Part shown: one piece after another, positions 1-13,723 of the stretch
Layout: each line of letters opens with the position of its first letter
Numbering within the stretch: the first letter of the stretch is position 1
NCBI RefSeq assembly: GCF_048593235.1
Contig: NC_133620.1
Span: 291,167,765-291,231,764 of the forward strand
Direction: 5' to 3'
DNA: 64,000 nucleotides
From: Sminthopsis crassicaudata
Lineage: Eukaryota
Notes under the pieces: generated by a model
Databases searched by the model: none
What the model saw: only the letters and a program-made list of their open reading frames with translations
Told to the model about the DNA's origin: nothing
Program-made: the position numbers and the translations under genes

Positions 1-1664
1 CATAAATCGAATATGTCTATTGATACACACTATGTTCATCTCCCTCCTTTCTTTCTCTCAAATATAATAGGTTACCTTTGCCTCTTCATGAGATGTAGTA
101 CCACCACTTTACCTTTTTTTATGATATAATTTCCTTTCCACCTCTATTTTTTAGGACAAATTATACATGTGGCAAAAATATATTTCTCAAGATTCCTTTT
201 TACCTTTTTAGAAATCTCTTCAGTTCTGTATTTGAAGATCAAACTTTTTGTGTAGATTTGGTTTTTTCATCAAGAATAGATGGAGTTCATTTATTTCATT
301 AAATGTCCATCTTCTTCCCTGGAAAAAGATGCTCATTTTTGCTGGGTAAGTTATTCTTGGCTGCATACCAACTTCCTTAGCCTTTCAGAATATCATATTC
401 CAGGCCCTTCACTCCTTCAATGTGGACGCTGCTAGATCCTGGGTTATCCTTATTGTGGCTCCTTCATATCTGAATTGATTTTTTCTAGCAGCTTCCAATA
501 GTTTTTCCTTCGTCTGATGGTTCTTGAACTTGGCCACTATATTTCTTAGCATTTCGATTTTAGGGTCCCTTTCAGTAGGTGATCGATGAATTTTTTTCAA
601 TGTCTATTTTACCCTCTGTTTCTAAAAAGTCTGGACAGTTCTCTTTGATAATTTCCTGGAAAATAGTGTCCAGGCTCTTTTTTTCCTCATATTTTTCAGG
701 GAGTCTGATTATTCTCAAATTGTCTGTCTTGGATCTGTTTTCCAGGTCTGTTGTCTTCCCAATAAGGTACTTGAGATTCTTTTCCATTGTTTTGTTTTTT
801 CTGATTTTGCTTGACTACTTCTTGGTTTCTCCTTGAGTCATTCAATTCTACTTGTTTGATTCTGATTTTCAATGATGTATTTTCTTCACTTTTTTATATC
901 TTTTTGTAATTGTCCTATTGAGTTTTTTTCTTCTATGGAATTTTTTTCCATTTCATCCATTTTATTTTTTAGAGAGCTGTTTTCTTTTTCCAACTCACTA
1001 ATTTTATTTCTCAATAATTTGATCTCTTTATCCACTCTGGATGACTTCTCCAGACTCTCTTGCCAAGCTTCCCTTTTCTTTTCCCATTTCTCTTCTAGCT
1101 CTCTTGTGAGAGCCTTTTTGATTTCCTCTGTGAGAGTCTTGTATTGAGGAGCAGATCATATCCCCCTTAGGGGATTCCTCTGGAGACAGTCTGCTTTTAG
1201 TCTCCTCAGGGTTTGAAGTCTGCTCTCTATCTATACAGAAGTTATCAATGGTTAGAGCCATTTTAAATTTTTTGTTCATTTTGTCAGAGCAGAATCAAAA
1301 ACAAAACAAAACAAAAAAAAAAAAACTGACAAGAGAAACAATTGGTCTGTTTGGGGAGGGGGATGGGGCTTCCTCTACAGACTGGGGGAAATGGCAGTGA
1401 GGCACTAACAGAACAGTGATGGCTGAGCTGCATCTGCACTTTGAAGCTCTAAGAACTCACTGAGTCACTCCGGGTGGGGGTGGGGGTGGCCAGTCCCGAG
1501 AGACGCTAGCTTTCTGGGGTTTTATCTTTACCTCCTATGTTTACACCCTCTCTGCTGCTCCTGGCTTGCTGCCAAGACGGAATATCCACACTGGGGTAAA
1601 GGTCATTCCACAGAAAAGGCAGAGATCACGCCCCTCCCCCCTCCGGTCTGAGCAGTGTGAGCTG

Positions 1665-1716
<52 letters not shown>

Positions 1717-1865
1717 GCCCCCCACCCCCCTTCACTTGCCCTCAGCCTGGGCCCAGTCTGTTTGTCCCTCCCCTGAGCAAAAACAGACCTTTTCTGGTGA
1801 ATTTCAAGGATGTCTTCTGTTGGTAATTATTTGTGGGTTTTTTTCCTGTCAAGCATTAATTCTGA
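1..1865 (-). mobile_element. LINE-1 5' portion (5'UTR, fragmented ORF1, start of inter-ORF region), degraded
   Basis: Minus-strand ORFs 409-600, 572-787 and 1028-1279 translate to L1 ORF1p-like peptides (DLENRSKTDNLRIIRLPE, KEKLLEAARK..FRYEGATIRITQDL), split by frameshifts. Confidence 0.9.
1666..1714. repeat. (CT)n microsatellite
   Basis: Pure CT dinucleotide run inside the L1 5' region. Confidence 0.98.
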
Positions 1866-2634
1866 GACTTTTCATGAAGTAAATTCTGAGAGAAAATGTG
1901 GAGCTCAAGCAGCTGTGTGCCTCCTCTCTGCCATCCTGGCCAGAAGTCAAGTTGGTTATTTTGTATTGCAATGTGCCCACATGTAGGAACCATCATTCTC
2001 AAACAATAGATGCTCTCCTTTCCTTTGATTTCATTTCCTGCCTTAAATGTGCCAGACCATGCTTTAAGATTGATGAGAGTACACTAGTATAGCCCCAAAG
2101 TTTTAAAAAATATATTGTCACAAATCTACTACAAGAAAAAATAGGCTTACTGGAATGTCTTCAGTCACAGCTGAAAGTAGCAGTACTGAAAATGTTAGTT
2201 TCTCTTTAAATATAAGAAAGCAATTTCCAAAACCTAATTTTTTACATGGGAGAAATTATATATTTTGTAATCATTAACCAAATGGTTACCAGTTCTTTTT
2301 ACATAATGTTTCATCTCTCTACATATACGTCTTACTTCTCATTCTTACTCATACCTTACCATCCCTTGACTTAATGCAATAAATCCCTACCTCTCTATTT
2401 TATAGTAGGAAACTGTGATAATTATAAATATCATCATCCATGTTTAACTCTATATACAAATAACGTATTGGCAGGTATCTAGTTTCAAATAGTCTCCTAG
2501 AAGATGGTAAAATAGATGTTTCTGTTTTTAAAATAAATTAAAGAAAACATTTTGGTGAAGGGAAGGAAGCTAATTGAGAACTTGTCAATGTTCCAATTTG
2601 AACTGAACACTTACCTCTTTACTTCTTGAGAAAA

Positions 2635-2775
2635 NNNNNNNNNNNNNNNNNNNNNNNNNNNNNNNNNNNNNNNNNNNNNNNNNNNNNNNNNNNNNNNNNN
2701 NNNNNNNNNNNNNNNNNNNNNNNNNNNNNNNNNNNNNNNNNNNNNNNNNNNNNNNNNNNNNNNNNNNNNNNNNNN
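2635..2775. other. assembly gap (141 N)
   Basis: Run of N. Confidence 1.
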
Positions 2776-5700
2776 AAATTATACAGAAATCTTCCATTTT
2801 CTTTTTGTCCCAGAACTGTTTTATTAAAGCTCTATGGTTGCTGAATCAAGTCTAATATTTCATGACAAGAGAAATGATAATCACCAGTAAAAGAGTAAAT
2901 GATGGTCTTCATTTTTCATCTATGCCCCCACATTTGTCTTAAAAGCAGTTTGGATCTGTTACTAAAAGCTGTTGCAATAGCTGATAGACAAAACTATGAT
3001 TTGTTTTGTAGCTCATCCAGTCTCTTTTCTGTTTTAAATAATATTAATTACTTCATCCATCTAATTCTGTACACACCTAATTTTGTCATTCCAAGGTCCA
3101 AATTTTGGTCCAGATAGGCCCCCATGGGAAAAAAAAAAAATATTGTCTTCTTCATCTAAATCTTTTTCCAGAAAGAAGAAATCTTTTCACAGAACCAGTG
3201 ATATCATCATTTAGGTGGCTCTTGAATTTAGAAAGTATCTTAATTACTCTAAAAGTTGTTTTTCTCTTCCTAATTTTAACAGGCAGATAAATAATTACCT
3301 GGGCCACCAAGAGACTTCTGATCGCCCTTGGAGCCAAGCCAGGAAGGAGAGAGGAAGAAAATAGGAAAAGGGGAGGGAGAAACAACACTGGGTGCTGACC
3401 CAGCAACAGCCACTCGGTTCATCCATCACTAGCCTGGACTAACGGGTATCCAAGCACCCCCAAAATAATATTCTTAAAGCAGAGGTCTGACCTCAGCACT
3501 CACAAACATATACACACTTCTCCTTACTCAATAAACTCCAAAGGCTCCCTATTGTCTCCAGGATCAAATATAAAATTCTCTTTTTAGCTTTAAAGTCTAA
3601 TTTTTCCAGGCTTCTTATACTTTTACTCCCCCTCCACAGATTTTGTCATCCAATGATTCTAGACTCTTTGTTCCTTGCTTTGAATGTTACACTACATCTC
3701 CAACTGTGAGCATGTTCATTAGCTGTCCCCCATCTCTCTCTCTCTCAACTAAAGTCTTAACCTCTCTCCCAATCTTTAATCTTAATGCCTTTCTTCTGAA
3801 TTTTTACCCAAATTTTTCCACACTGTATATAACTTGTTGGCATATAACTATTGGAATATTATCTCCCCATTAGACTGTGAGCTCCTTGAGAGTAAGAACT
3901 GTCTTGTCTTTTTTTTTTTTTGTATTCCCAGTGCTTGGCATAATACCTGGCACACATTAAGTGCTTAACAATAAAACATTTGGGGATTTTTTTGTTTTTT
4001 TGTGGGGGGAAGGTGTTTTTATTATTTTCTAGATGACCAACTATTTAACTGAATGTAACTAAGAAGCATGGAAGCAGGGGAACAGAGAAATCCTACTTCA
4101 GAAATTCCAGAAAAGGTATATTTTCATGAATTTTTCTGCTCATTTTTCAGATGAATCTGCCAGAAGCTGCTGTAAGTATTCTCCTTCCTTATTCTCATAT
4201 CCTTTGGTCTCCTGAGATATGGAAATTGGTAGGAAGGGAGAAAGAAAAGATCATCCTCTGGTCTGCTTTTTCTTTTTACTAAAATGAAGTGGATGGATGG
4301 GACAGAGGATTGAAACTAATCCTTTCTCAGTATCTTGTTCCCAGTTAAGGGTCAGTCACAGAGGACCACAAGATCTTAATCTGTTATTTTAAAAACACCT
4401 AAGCATAATTCCTTCATTTATGGATGAGGAAAAAGAGGTCTATAAGCTAAGTGATTTATCCAAGGTCATATAGCTAAGAAAAACCAGATCTGAGATCTAA
4501 ACTAAACCTCAGACTCTTTCCCCTACAATCTGCTGTCTCTCTTATGCCAAGAATCATCCTAACTATGGAGTGAAAAACTCTATAAATTAATTTTAAAAAT
4601 AAAAAGAGGGCAAGGTTCCTAATAGGGAGTTTTTCAAAACTCAACATAACAACAGGGTATAAGTGAATCTCTTCCCAACCCTTCAGTGCACTAGAGCTGG
4701 CATGCAATCAAGCTGATACTCCCTAGGGATTTCCTTTTTGCATATACTCCCCTGAAAAGTTATTAGTGGTAGTTCTCTTTTCTTTGAGCCAGACAAACCC
4801 CCACTGATTTCTCTCTTTGTATTAATCTTTTAACTGGAATTCCTCAGGTAAGTTCCTTTTCTTATTTGTCCATTAGATGTCTTTAGGTCCTTCTATGGAT
4901 CTTTTTTCTGTCCTTGCTGTTTTTCTTTTCTGAGGTTTAGAGCTTAAGTCTCAGTTTCTCTTGTCTCTCTTCAATATAAGATTGCCCTAAATTATTGATT
5001 CTGTGAATTATGTGATTACCATGAAGAAAGACCCTTAGAACAACCCTACCCTTAACCCTCTAATAGCCTTATGAATTTCATTCATTACAAGGAGGTCTGT
5101 TAGAAAAATTTAAAGAGAGAGAGAGAGAAATGGAGGATATTCTGAAGCAAATAGGGGAGGGAGAAAAACAAGAGGGATGAGATGAAAGACAATAATGAAA
5201 TTCAGTTAAAATGAAATTTTGGGTTCATAGATTTAAATGACCTTAGAGAAATTTATCTAATCCAACTTCACAGTTTTTACAGATGAAGAAACTAAGGCAC
5301 CAGAGGGACAGGGCATTTGAGCAACTTGTCCAAGAGTCACACAGGAAATAAATATTTAGGTGAATTTGAATAGAGGGAGTTCCTGACATCAAATCCAGGA
5401 TGCTTTTCACTTCACCAGGATGATTCCCCTTACACTCAATATACTCATTCTTAGGAAATAGCTACAGAAAGGGAAAGGACACCTCTGCTATACCCTTTTC
5501 AGGTGAATTGGAAAAAGAAGCCTCTGATGTCATCCTACAATCCAGAGCTGACTCATCAAAGCTAATGAATGGGACTGATTGGATGAAGTATTTCTCAGTA
5601 TTTTGTTCTTATATACTGCAACCATTTCTGATTTCTCTATGGCTACCTGTTTTATCTGAGGTCTTTTTTTTGGGAAGGAGAGTTGTTTTTTAAATGCTAT

Positions 5701-6739
5701 CCCAGACAAATTCATGTTCTTTCTGAGGTTTAGGGTTTAGGTTTTCTTTCTCTAAGTTTCTGTCTCTGTCTCTGTCTCTCCCTCTTTTTCTCAGTCAATA
5801 ATAATGTTTGTTCAGAAAGGCAAAACTTGCCTAACAAGATAAGGACTAAAGTCCAAGGACAAGGAAAAGATTATGAGAGCACAGGCTACTTTCAACGAGT
5901 CTTTTGACCTAGAAAAACTGGGTCTTATAGTACTGAAAGGTGAAAAGGGAATGAGTATATATATATATAGTGCCTACTATGTGCCTGGCACTGAGCGAAA
6001 TACTTTTTAAAATTACCTCATCTGATCCTCACAACATTGTAAGATAAATGTAATTATGATACACATTTTATAGTTAAGAAGACTGAGGTAAACATATTAA
6101 GTGATTTGCCCAAGGTGTCACAGAAAATATCTGAATCCACATTTGAATTCAGGTCTTTCTGACTCCATGCCCAACACTCTATACATTGTGCCACTAGCTG
6201 ATCTCAAATGATGTCCTCAGGAATAAGGTAGAAGTATGAGGATTCAATTTCACCCAAAAAAATGGAAGGAGAAAAAAAATATTTCATATCTGAATTATTT
6301 TCTTTATTATATTTCCAGGTTATTTGGCTGGAAGCACCCAAATTATAATGCAAAGAGAAATCTGGGTATGAGGAACAACAGAAGAATGCATTGATTTAGG
6401 AGTAGGAAAAATCCACTGTATTGAAGAGGAAGACTTCCAAGAATGGGGGAGAAAAGCCAGCAGAGAAAAAAACTGAGGAAAGGCTGTTCAAGAATGAGGA
6501 AAGAAATAAAGTTCTCTTTAAAGGCAAAGAAAGGGAAAATGGACTAGCTAAAATCAAATCTCTTTTGAAAGATGAAAAAAGAGAAGAAAAAAGAGGAAGA
6601 CGACAAGAAATCAAAGGTCAAGGACAGAGGGGAAGACTTAGGGAAAAGGGGGTTGTAGGATAAGGAGAAAGATGGGAAGGCTGAGAGGTACCTGAAGATT
6701 AAAAGTAAAAGTGAAGAATTTTTTTAAAGAACTAATGGT

Positions 6740-6877
6740 GGGGGAGGCAGCTAAAGTGGCATAGTGGATAGAACACCAGCCCTGAAGCCAGGAGGATCTG
6801 AGTTCAAATTTGGTCTCAGACACTTAACACTTCCTAGCTGTGTGACCCTGGGCAAGTCACTTAACCCCAATTACCTG
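6740..6877 (+). mobile_element. marsupial tRNA-derived CORE-SINE (WSINE1-like)
   Basis: GGCAGCTAAAGTGGCATAGTGGATAGA (A box) ... GAGTTCAAAT (B box) ... CTAGCTGTGTGACCCTGGGCAAGTCACTTAACCCC core. Confidence 0.9.
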
Positions 6878-7272
6878 GAGGGAGGAGGAGACTAAAGGGG
6901 TAAATTAATTAAAGAGAAAGCAAATGTTACTACAAACTCTTCATCACTGTTTCCTCTCCCAGTCATCAATTAGGATAAGAATATTCTTATTATTAAATTA
7001 TTATTATTATTATTAAAGGTCCTGCAGAGATTTTATCTTTTTAGTTCTCTTAAGTCACAAATCTTGGGTTCCAAATGTCTGTTTTATGAATTCAAGTTCA
7101 TATTATTAAGTCAGGAAGAAATAAGAATTTTCTGAAATAGCATAATGGTAAAGCACCTTAGAATCATTCCCTTTCCTTGGAATCTCTGTGGGGGCATCTT
7201 ATCAATCCAAAAGAGACTAATTAATTACTATGACTAAAAATAATAGCTCTGCATTTGTGTAATGATTATTAT

Positions 7273-7490
7273 AGGACAACTAAGTGGCACAGTGGACAGA
7301 GTGCTGAGCCTAGTCAGAAAGACTCATCTTTCTGAATTCAAAACCAACCCTAGGCAAGCTACTTCACCTGTTTGCCTCAATTTCTTCAGATGAGCTGGAG
7401 GAGGAAATAGCAAACATTCCAGTATTTTTGCTAAGAAAACTCCAAATGGCATCATGAAAAGTCAGGACAAACGCCTGAACACGCAACACC
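7273..7490 (+). mobile_element. MAR1-like CORE-SINE
   Basis: tRNA-like head, then the GGAGGAGGAAATAGCAAACATTCCAGTATTTTTGCTAAGAAAAC BovB-like tail typical of MAR1. Confidence 0.7.
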
Positions 7491-7721
7491 CTTCTAGTGA
7501 AGAATGATGATTTGCACAGTTTCTCTGTATGCTTCCACTGCCCTCCTATGGCTGCCAAATTTCAAGAAGTTGACATGCTGAAGAAGAATGTGTTGGGCTC
7601 CTGCCACAAAAATAGAAGGAATTTCAGCAACTGAGAACCAGGGAATGTCAGAGATGAAAGGAATCTTAAGAGAGTGTCTAGTAAGAATGCCCTTATTTAA
7701 TGGATAAGAGAAATGAGGCCC

Positions 7722-8812
7722 TCATCTCGAAAATATACAGAGAATTAACTCTAATTTATAAGAAATCAAGCCATTCTCCAATTGATAAATGATCAAAGGA
7801 TATGAACAATTATCAGATGATAAAATTGAAATTATATCCACTCATGAAAGAGTGTTCCAAATCACTATTGATCAGAGAAATGCAAATTAAGACAACTCTA
7901 AGATACCACTACACACCTGTCAGATTGGCTAAGATGACAGGAAAAGATAATGATGAATGTTGGAGGGGATGTGGAAAAACTGGGACACTGATACATTGTT
8001 GGTGGAGTTGTGAAAGAATCCAGCCATTCTGGAGAGCAATTTGGAACTATGGCCAAAAAGTTATCAAACTGTGCATACCCTTTGATCCAGCATTGCTGCT
8101 ATTGGGCTTATATCCCAAAGAAATACTAAAGAGCGGAAAGGGACCTGTATGTGCCAAAATGTTTGTGGTAGCTCTTTTCGTAGTGGCCAGAAACTGGAAA
8201 ATGAATGGATGTCCATCAATTGGAGAATGGCTGAATAAGTTATGGTATATGAATGTTATGGAATATTATTGTTCTGTAAGAAATGACCAACAGGAGGAAT
8301 ACAGAGAGGCTTGGAGAGACTTACATCAACTGATGCTGAGTGAAATGAGCAGAACCAGAAGATCATTATACACTTCAACAATGATACTGTATGAGGATGT
8401 ATTCTGATGGAAGTGGATATCTTCGACATAAAGAAGAGCTAATCCAGTTCCAATATTCAATGATGGAAAGAATAAGCTACTTTCAGAGAAGGAACACTGG
8501 GAAATGAGTGTAAACTGTTTGCATTTTTGTTTTTCTCCCCAGATTATTTTTACCTTCTGAATCCAATTCTTCCTTTGCAACAACAACAACAACAAAATTC
8601 GGTTCTGCACATATATATTGTACCTAGGATATACTATAACATATTTAACATGTATGGGAATGCCTACCATCTAGGGGAGGGGGAGGAGGGAAGGAGGGGA
8701 AAATTTGGAACAGAAGGGAGTACAAGGGATAATTTTGTAAAAAATTAACTATGCATATGTACTGTCAAAAATGTTATAATTATAAAATTAATTTTAAAAA
8801 TTAAAAAATAAA
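7722..8812 (+). mobile_element. 5'-truncated LINE-1 (ORF2 C-terminus, 3'UTR, A-rich tail)
   Basis: The 201-aa ORF 7802-8407 has the L1 ORF2 C-terminal motifs ([33 protein letters not shown]). Probable TSD AGAAATGAGGCCC (7709-7721) / AGAAATGAAGTCC (8813-8825). Confidence 0.95.
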
Positions 8813-10704
8813 AGAAATGAAGTCCAAAAAAATAAAGTGACATCCACTTCTTTGATAGGGAAGCATCTCTTTAATCTCACAGTCCCCAATCTCAATCGCC
8901 CTTTACCCTCACTCCCTCAAACTTGTCCTCAGACACAAAAATGTTTTGGTTTTCTGTTTTAAGTCAAGCAGTAATTTAGGATTTTGAAACTGAAGCCCAC
9001 CCTTTTTCACTTCTCAGTCTCCATTTTCCCAAAGCTCATCTCTTCTGTTTTGAGAAACTTGGAATTCTAGATTTAAAGCTGGAAGGGATCTTAAAGGTCA
9101 TCAGGTCCAACGGCTTCATTTTTAAAATGAGGAAACCGAGGCTTAGCAAGGTTAAGTGCTCATGATCACATAGCTAATGAGCATCAGAGGCAGGATTTGA
9201 ACCTAGGTCATGTTAATTAAGTCCAAATCTTTATTCACCACACTATATTACCTCTGTCAGTCTGATAAAGATCATAAGGCGATTAGATTAGAAAAACATG
9301 CCTCAAACATTCATGCGTTAGAACAGAAATCATTTATTAAGCATCGGGTACTGTGCATTCAGCATTAAGGGGGGGAGATATAAAAGAAATCTAGGAAATA
9401 TATGAAAAACTCAATCATTTATATAGTTTGATGTTGTTGTTGTTGTTGTTTTTTAGAGAAAAGCATTTTTATGCCTTGTCAGAAAAATGGAATGCCAAAG
9501 TGTTCTGGTTTTGAGGGAGGAAAGATCATAGCTCCAAATACAGTTAAACATTGTCCATTCAATTCCCTCTACCCACACACCCAGTTGCTCAGCTTTCATT
9601 CCTACAGCTATAGCTATAGGAAATAAGAAAAACAATCTCAGAGGCTCTTCAGTATAGTTATATTGAACTATATATACTGTTATACTGAACTAGGTTATAA
9701 CTATAACCTAAAGAATCTAAAACTTGTGAGTTACAAAAAATGTTTGTTGATTAATTCAAAGATTGATTAATGTATAAAGAGGAGCTGAAAACCAGAGCTA
9801 ACGACTTGCTAAGCTCTGGGAGTTGTAGGCAATGAGAGAGAAAGAAAGAGACTGAGAGACTGATAAAGAGGGGAGAGAAAGAGAGAGTTAGCTAGAGCAA
9901 GAAAGAGGGACTTGATGAATGACTGATACCAGAGGCCAACAGGAGAGGATATAGGGTCACTTCAATGATAGAGGACAGGTACGGAGAAAATAGGGATAAA
10001 GTCACAGCGTGGGGAATGTCAGAAAGGGGACATATGAATATCTACTTCAAAATGGGAACAAGAAATCTGTCATGCAATCTTACTTTTCCTATCCACTTAT
10101 TTGCCACCTTGCTGCCTTGATATGTCCCACAGAGTGCAGGACAGCAAGGTCCAGAGTTTAGTTTAGCCTGGGTCTCCATAGAACATTAAAAAGCAGCATA
10201 GGAATACCTCTATATATGCTGTAGTTCTCTACAAAGGATTTCAATATGAGTCATTCTCACAGAATGAAATAATGGGGTGGGAGATTTTGCATCAGTGACA
10301 TCACATGTCCATCAAAACACTTTGGTATGACAGGGAAGTAGAGAGTAAATAAAAACAAATGTGGGAAACTTTTCAGTTGCAAGGAATCTAAGGAAGTCAA
10401 TCAGGGATGGTCTTCATCAGAGTTTAAGAAAAAAAATTTTTAAAAAGCCCAGCTCTGACTGATCTCAGAAGCCTAAGCTTCTACCTTTCTTTTTATAAGC
10501 CAGGAAGTATCTCCTGGGACTCTTTTCCTTTGATAAACAAGCCTCCAAATAAGACAGGCTTTCTCTCTTGAACCAATAAAAATGTGATTTATTTCTGGGA
10601 ACTAATGGCAAATCTTTGAGTATCCAAAGGAATCATAGGGTTGTTAGACCTGGGTTTTGAGATATCACTTAACTCTTGAGAGTAATTTGCATCACAAGGG
10701 AAAT

Positions 10705-12900
10705 TGTAAACTACCTAATGAGTCAACAAATTAAGTGCTTACTGTATCTTCTATTTCACATAGGAAAATGATCCTAGCTCCCCCCTGACATCTATGATCC
10801 AAAAGAGGTTTTCCAGGCTCTCTAGCCTCTCCTCTTACTTAAGCTTTTCTCCTTTTGATGAGGAGAGCCTAAAACTGAAGGGGGGCCCCCATACCCTCTC
10901 TCTGAAACTCCAAGGAGAAAGTCTCCTTGAATCCTGGCCTCTGCAAAAGACCCCACCTAGAGAAACAGGACAAACAGCTTCCTTCTGTTATCCTGAGACA
11001 GGCAACACCCCCATTAATAACACTCACTACTGATTAAGCTTCCCATTGAGGTGAAGATTAACCCAGAGACACTCATTCAATTCCAAGATTCTCTATTCTG
11101 ATTCCAGCTCAAACCCTACCCAGCCCCCATCAAGAGCTGCTAGCCGAGGCTTCTATTATAAAATGAGCCAACTTGGGGCTCAGTCCTTGCAGAGGACCTA
11201 ATATGCTATACCAATGAACCTCTCTCTTTCAGCCCTACCCTCTCTTTATCTTTCTCACCTATTTCCCTAACAAGACTTTATACCTCTCTGTCAGGATTTC
11301 TCTGCTAGAAACTTTACTTCTCTGTCAGGACCTTGCCACCAAGGAATTCAGTCTTTCTATTCATGCATAGCAAAGGCTGACTTCCCAATGCCTAAAATAA
11401 ACCTCTTTTTATCAGTTCAGCTTTTCAAATTCGTAAATTCCTTTACAAAGAACCTCTGTGCCGCCAGAAGGGGGTTCTCATAACTCCTTTCTTTGTGCCA
11501 AATCCTAAGGGAATCTACGGGAGCCAAACCTCTTCATTTGGTTCCTGAACTCCAAATCTGCCACTAACCTCATCACTTTCTCCCCTTGCCAACTCTACTC
11601 CCTGTAGAGCCTCCACATTTTAGCTAGGCGTGGAAAAGCTACTTTTGCTGTCAAAAGGCAGAGGAGCACCTGCTTCCTGAAATACTAAATATCCTTGTGC
11701 TTATGTTTGAAGTATCCAGACACGTTCAGTGGTTCAGTGGCCAGAGTAAGAGTGATAGAGAAAGAAATTCAAAGGCTTTACTGAGCATCCAGGGACAACT
11801 AGGGTTCCATTGTTATGTTGAAACTGGACGGAGGTGGAGCTTGATCAAGTTCAAAATTCCTGCTGGAAGGCCCAGCATTGGGGAGACAGCTCGACCCCTG
11901 TGGGTAATCTCTCCTCCAATGTTTCTCCTGCTCAAACTCAGGGCAAAGACTGGGGAGTTTAAAGTACGACCCTCTGTAGTCCCGGGAATAGCAGCTAAGA
12001 GTAGGAATTTTTTTCCCCGATCTCACATTAATTCCATGGTTTCTCTCCTTGCCTAAAGCCTGATTCCTATCAGTACAGACTCCAAAACAAAGCTGTTTGT
12101 AACAGCAGAGTGGGAGATACTTGAGGACTTAAAATTGGCTTCTCCAGTTTCCTCGGTATGTCTGGGGCAGATCATTTTAACATTAATATCTCCCCAGGGC
12201 AGATCAAGGAGGGCATTGGCCTTGGACCCCTCAAAAGGCTGGGTGGGGTCCCCAGAGCAATGGCCAAGTTTCTCCTCAGTCTGGGAAAGATGTGACCTTG
12301 AAAGAGAACCACTGCTCTGAGTGTTTCTCCCTAAGAATTAGCCATTTCTGCCAGACAGCAGAGGCTCAAATCAGTATCCTGAAAAAAAAAAAAAAAAAAA
12401 GAGTCCTTCTCCATGTGTTGAGGAGTGGGGGCTGGGAAGTCTCAGGATCTAGTTCAGGTGACAGGGATAGAATTTCTGAAAGGGATTTGGAGTGTATAGA
12501 GAGTCCCTAGAGGAACTGGAAAGAGGGAGTTTGATTTCCTTCCAGCAAGTTTAAGCATCATCTTACACTGCTGTTTTAGTTTAAGCTTTCTAGTTTTGAG
12601 ATCTTTCAAGCCAAATTAGTCCCTGCCTAAGGAAGTATTCTTAGAAGCAGAAGTGTTTTGTCCCATTTTTGCAAAAAAAAAAAAAAAAAAAAAAAGCCTT
12701 AGTTTCCCCAATTCTATAGCTCCTCATCCATCTTTAGATGTCTCTAGAGATGGAGAGATGACAAAATGCTCCCTGAATAAGGGGGCTCTTTTTGTCAGAG
12801 AATGCAGGTATTTTCAACCAGGCATCCCTGAGAGAACACTGCTTGAACCTCAAATCTTCCCAGGTATTTGAGCGTCCAACTATACAACAAGAAAAGGCTT
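10705..12900 (+). mobile_element. endogenous retrovirus remnant: LTR (~10705-11536) plus degraded internal sequence
   Basis: Starts TGTAAA, has TATAAAA at 11157 and AATAAA at 11396, and ends ...CTTCA followed by a PBS-like TTTGGTTCCTGAACTCC. No intact gag/pol ORF. Confidence 0.55.
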
Positions 12901-12972
12901 TACCTCATCCGGGTTTTCGAGGATCCCCGTCATCAGGAAACCAAATAATAGGGTTGTAGTGGCAGTCAGAGT

Positions 12973-13484
12973 TGTGGAAATCCCCTTTTGGTCAGGGGTG
13001 CAGATCCTTTGTAAAAGAATTCACAAACCAGAAATATTAAGTGGCAAAAATGGAAGCTTATCGTTGGATGAGAAGTCATCTTTGCTAGAAAACTGACTTT
13101 TTCAGCGGCAAAGTCCTATTAGAGAAATGGAGACTGGCACTGAGAAAGCCTTCTTAGTGCACAGGAGTGCTGGCAGGCAGCTATGCCCTACTTTTGCAAA
13201 GAAATGAGAGAGTAAAAACCTATTTTATGAGTAGATTTTGGGGGGAGGAGCCTGGGGGCAGTTTGAACTGATCAGACTAGGATCTCCTAATTGAAATTAC
13301 TTTGAAGGCTTTTTCAGCCTGAATTTGAATGGAGATCTGGCTATCAATGGAGGTGATTGGCCTTAGAAATGGCCCAGCCTGAGAAGCTCTCTCATGGACT
13401 CCACAGAGCCTGGGAGGATCAGGAATCAAAGGGGACAGAATTTCAGTGTTAATTTTACAGATCAAAAGGGAACACAGTTTCACA
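12973..13484 (-). mobile_element. solo LTR-like repeat (antisense)
   Basis: TG...CA termini. Shares long blocks with 27654-28128 (GGGGGCAGTTTGA(A/G)CTGAT..., ACTTTGAAGGCTTTTTCAG) and with 26280-26400. Confidence 0.65.
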
Positions 13485-13576
13485 CCCCCATCATCCCCCT
13501 CCCCCCCAAGCAGTTACCACTCAAATTCATTTGGGGAAAAAGGGGCAAAGAGTTCAGACTTCTGTAACTACTTCAA

Positions 13577-13723
13577 GCTGGGGGTGTGAAACTGTGTTCC
13601 CTTTGGGGACGGGGGAGACTCAAACTATGAGGAAAACCTGTGCTTCTGCCACCTATGCCTGGGCATCTACATGTATTGATAGGATGGGCTCCTTCACTTG
13701 CCTCTGTCCCCCAGGTCTCATAG
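13577..13723 (+). pseudogene. NOTCH4: NOTCH4 exon 6 remnant (EGF)
   Basis: ...EEN[frameshift]CASATYAWASTCIDRMGSFTCLCPPGLI|GT vs NOTCH4 [34 protein letters not shown]. Large internal deletions. Confidence 0.9.

Noticed and set aside
3290-3360. Minus-strand exon-like block ending CCAG|GTAATT
   Set aside because: No recognisable protein match or partner exons; such donors occur by chance.
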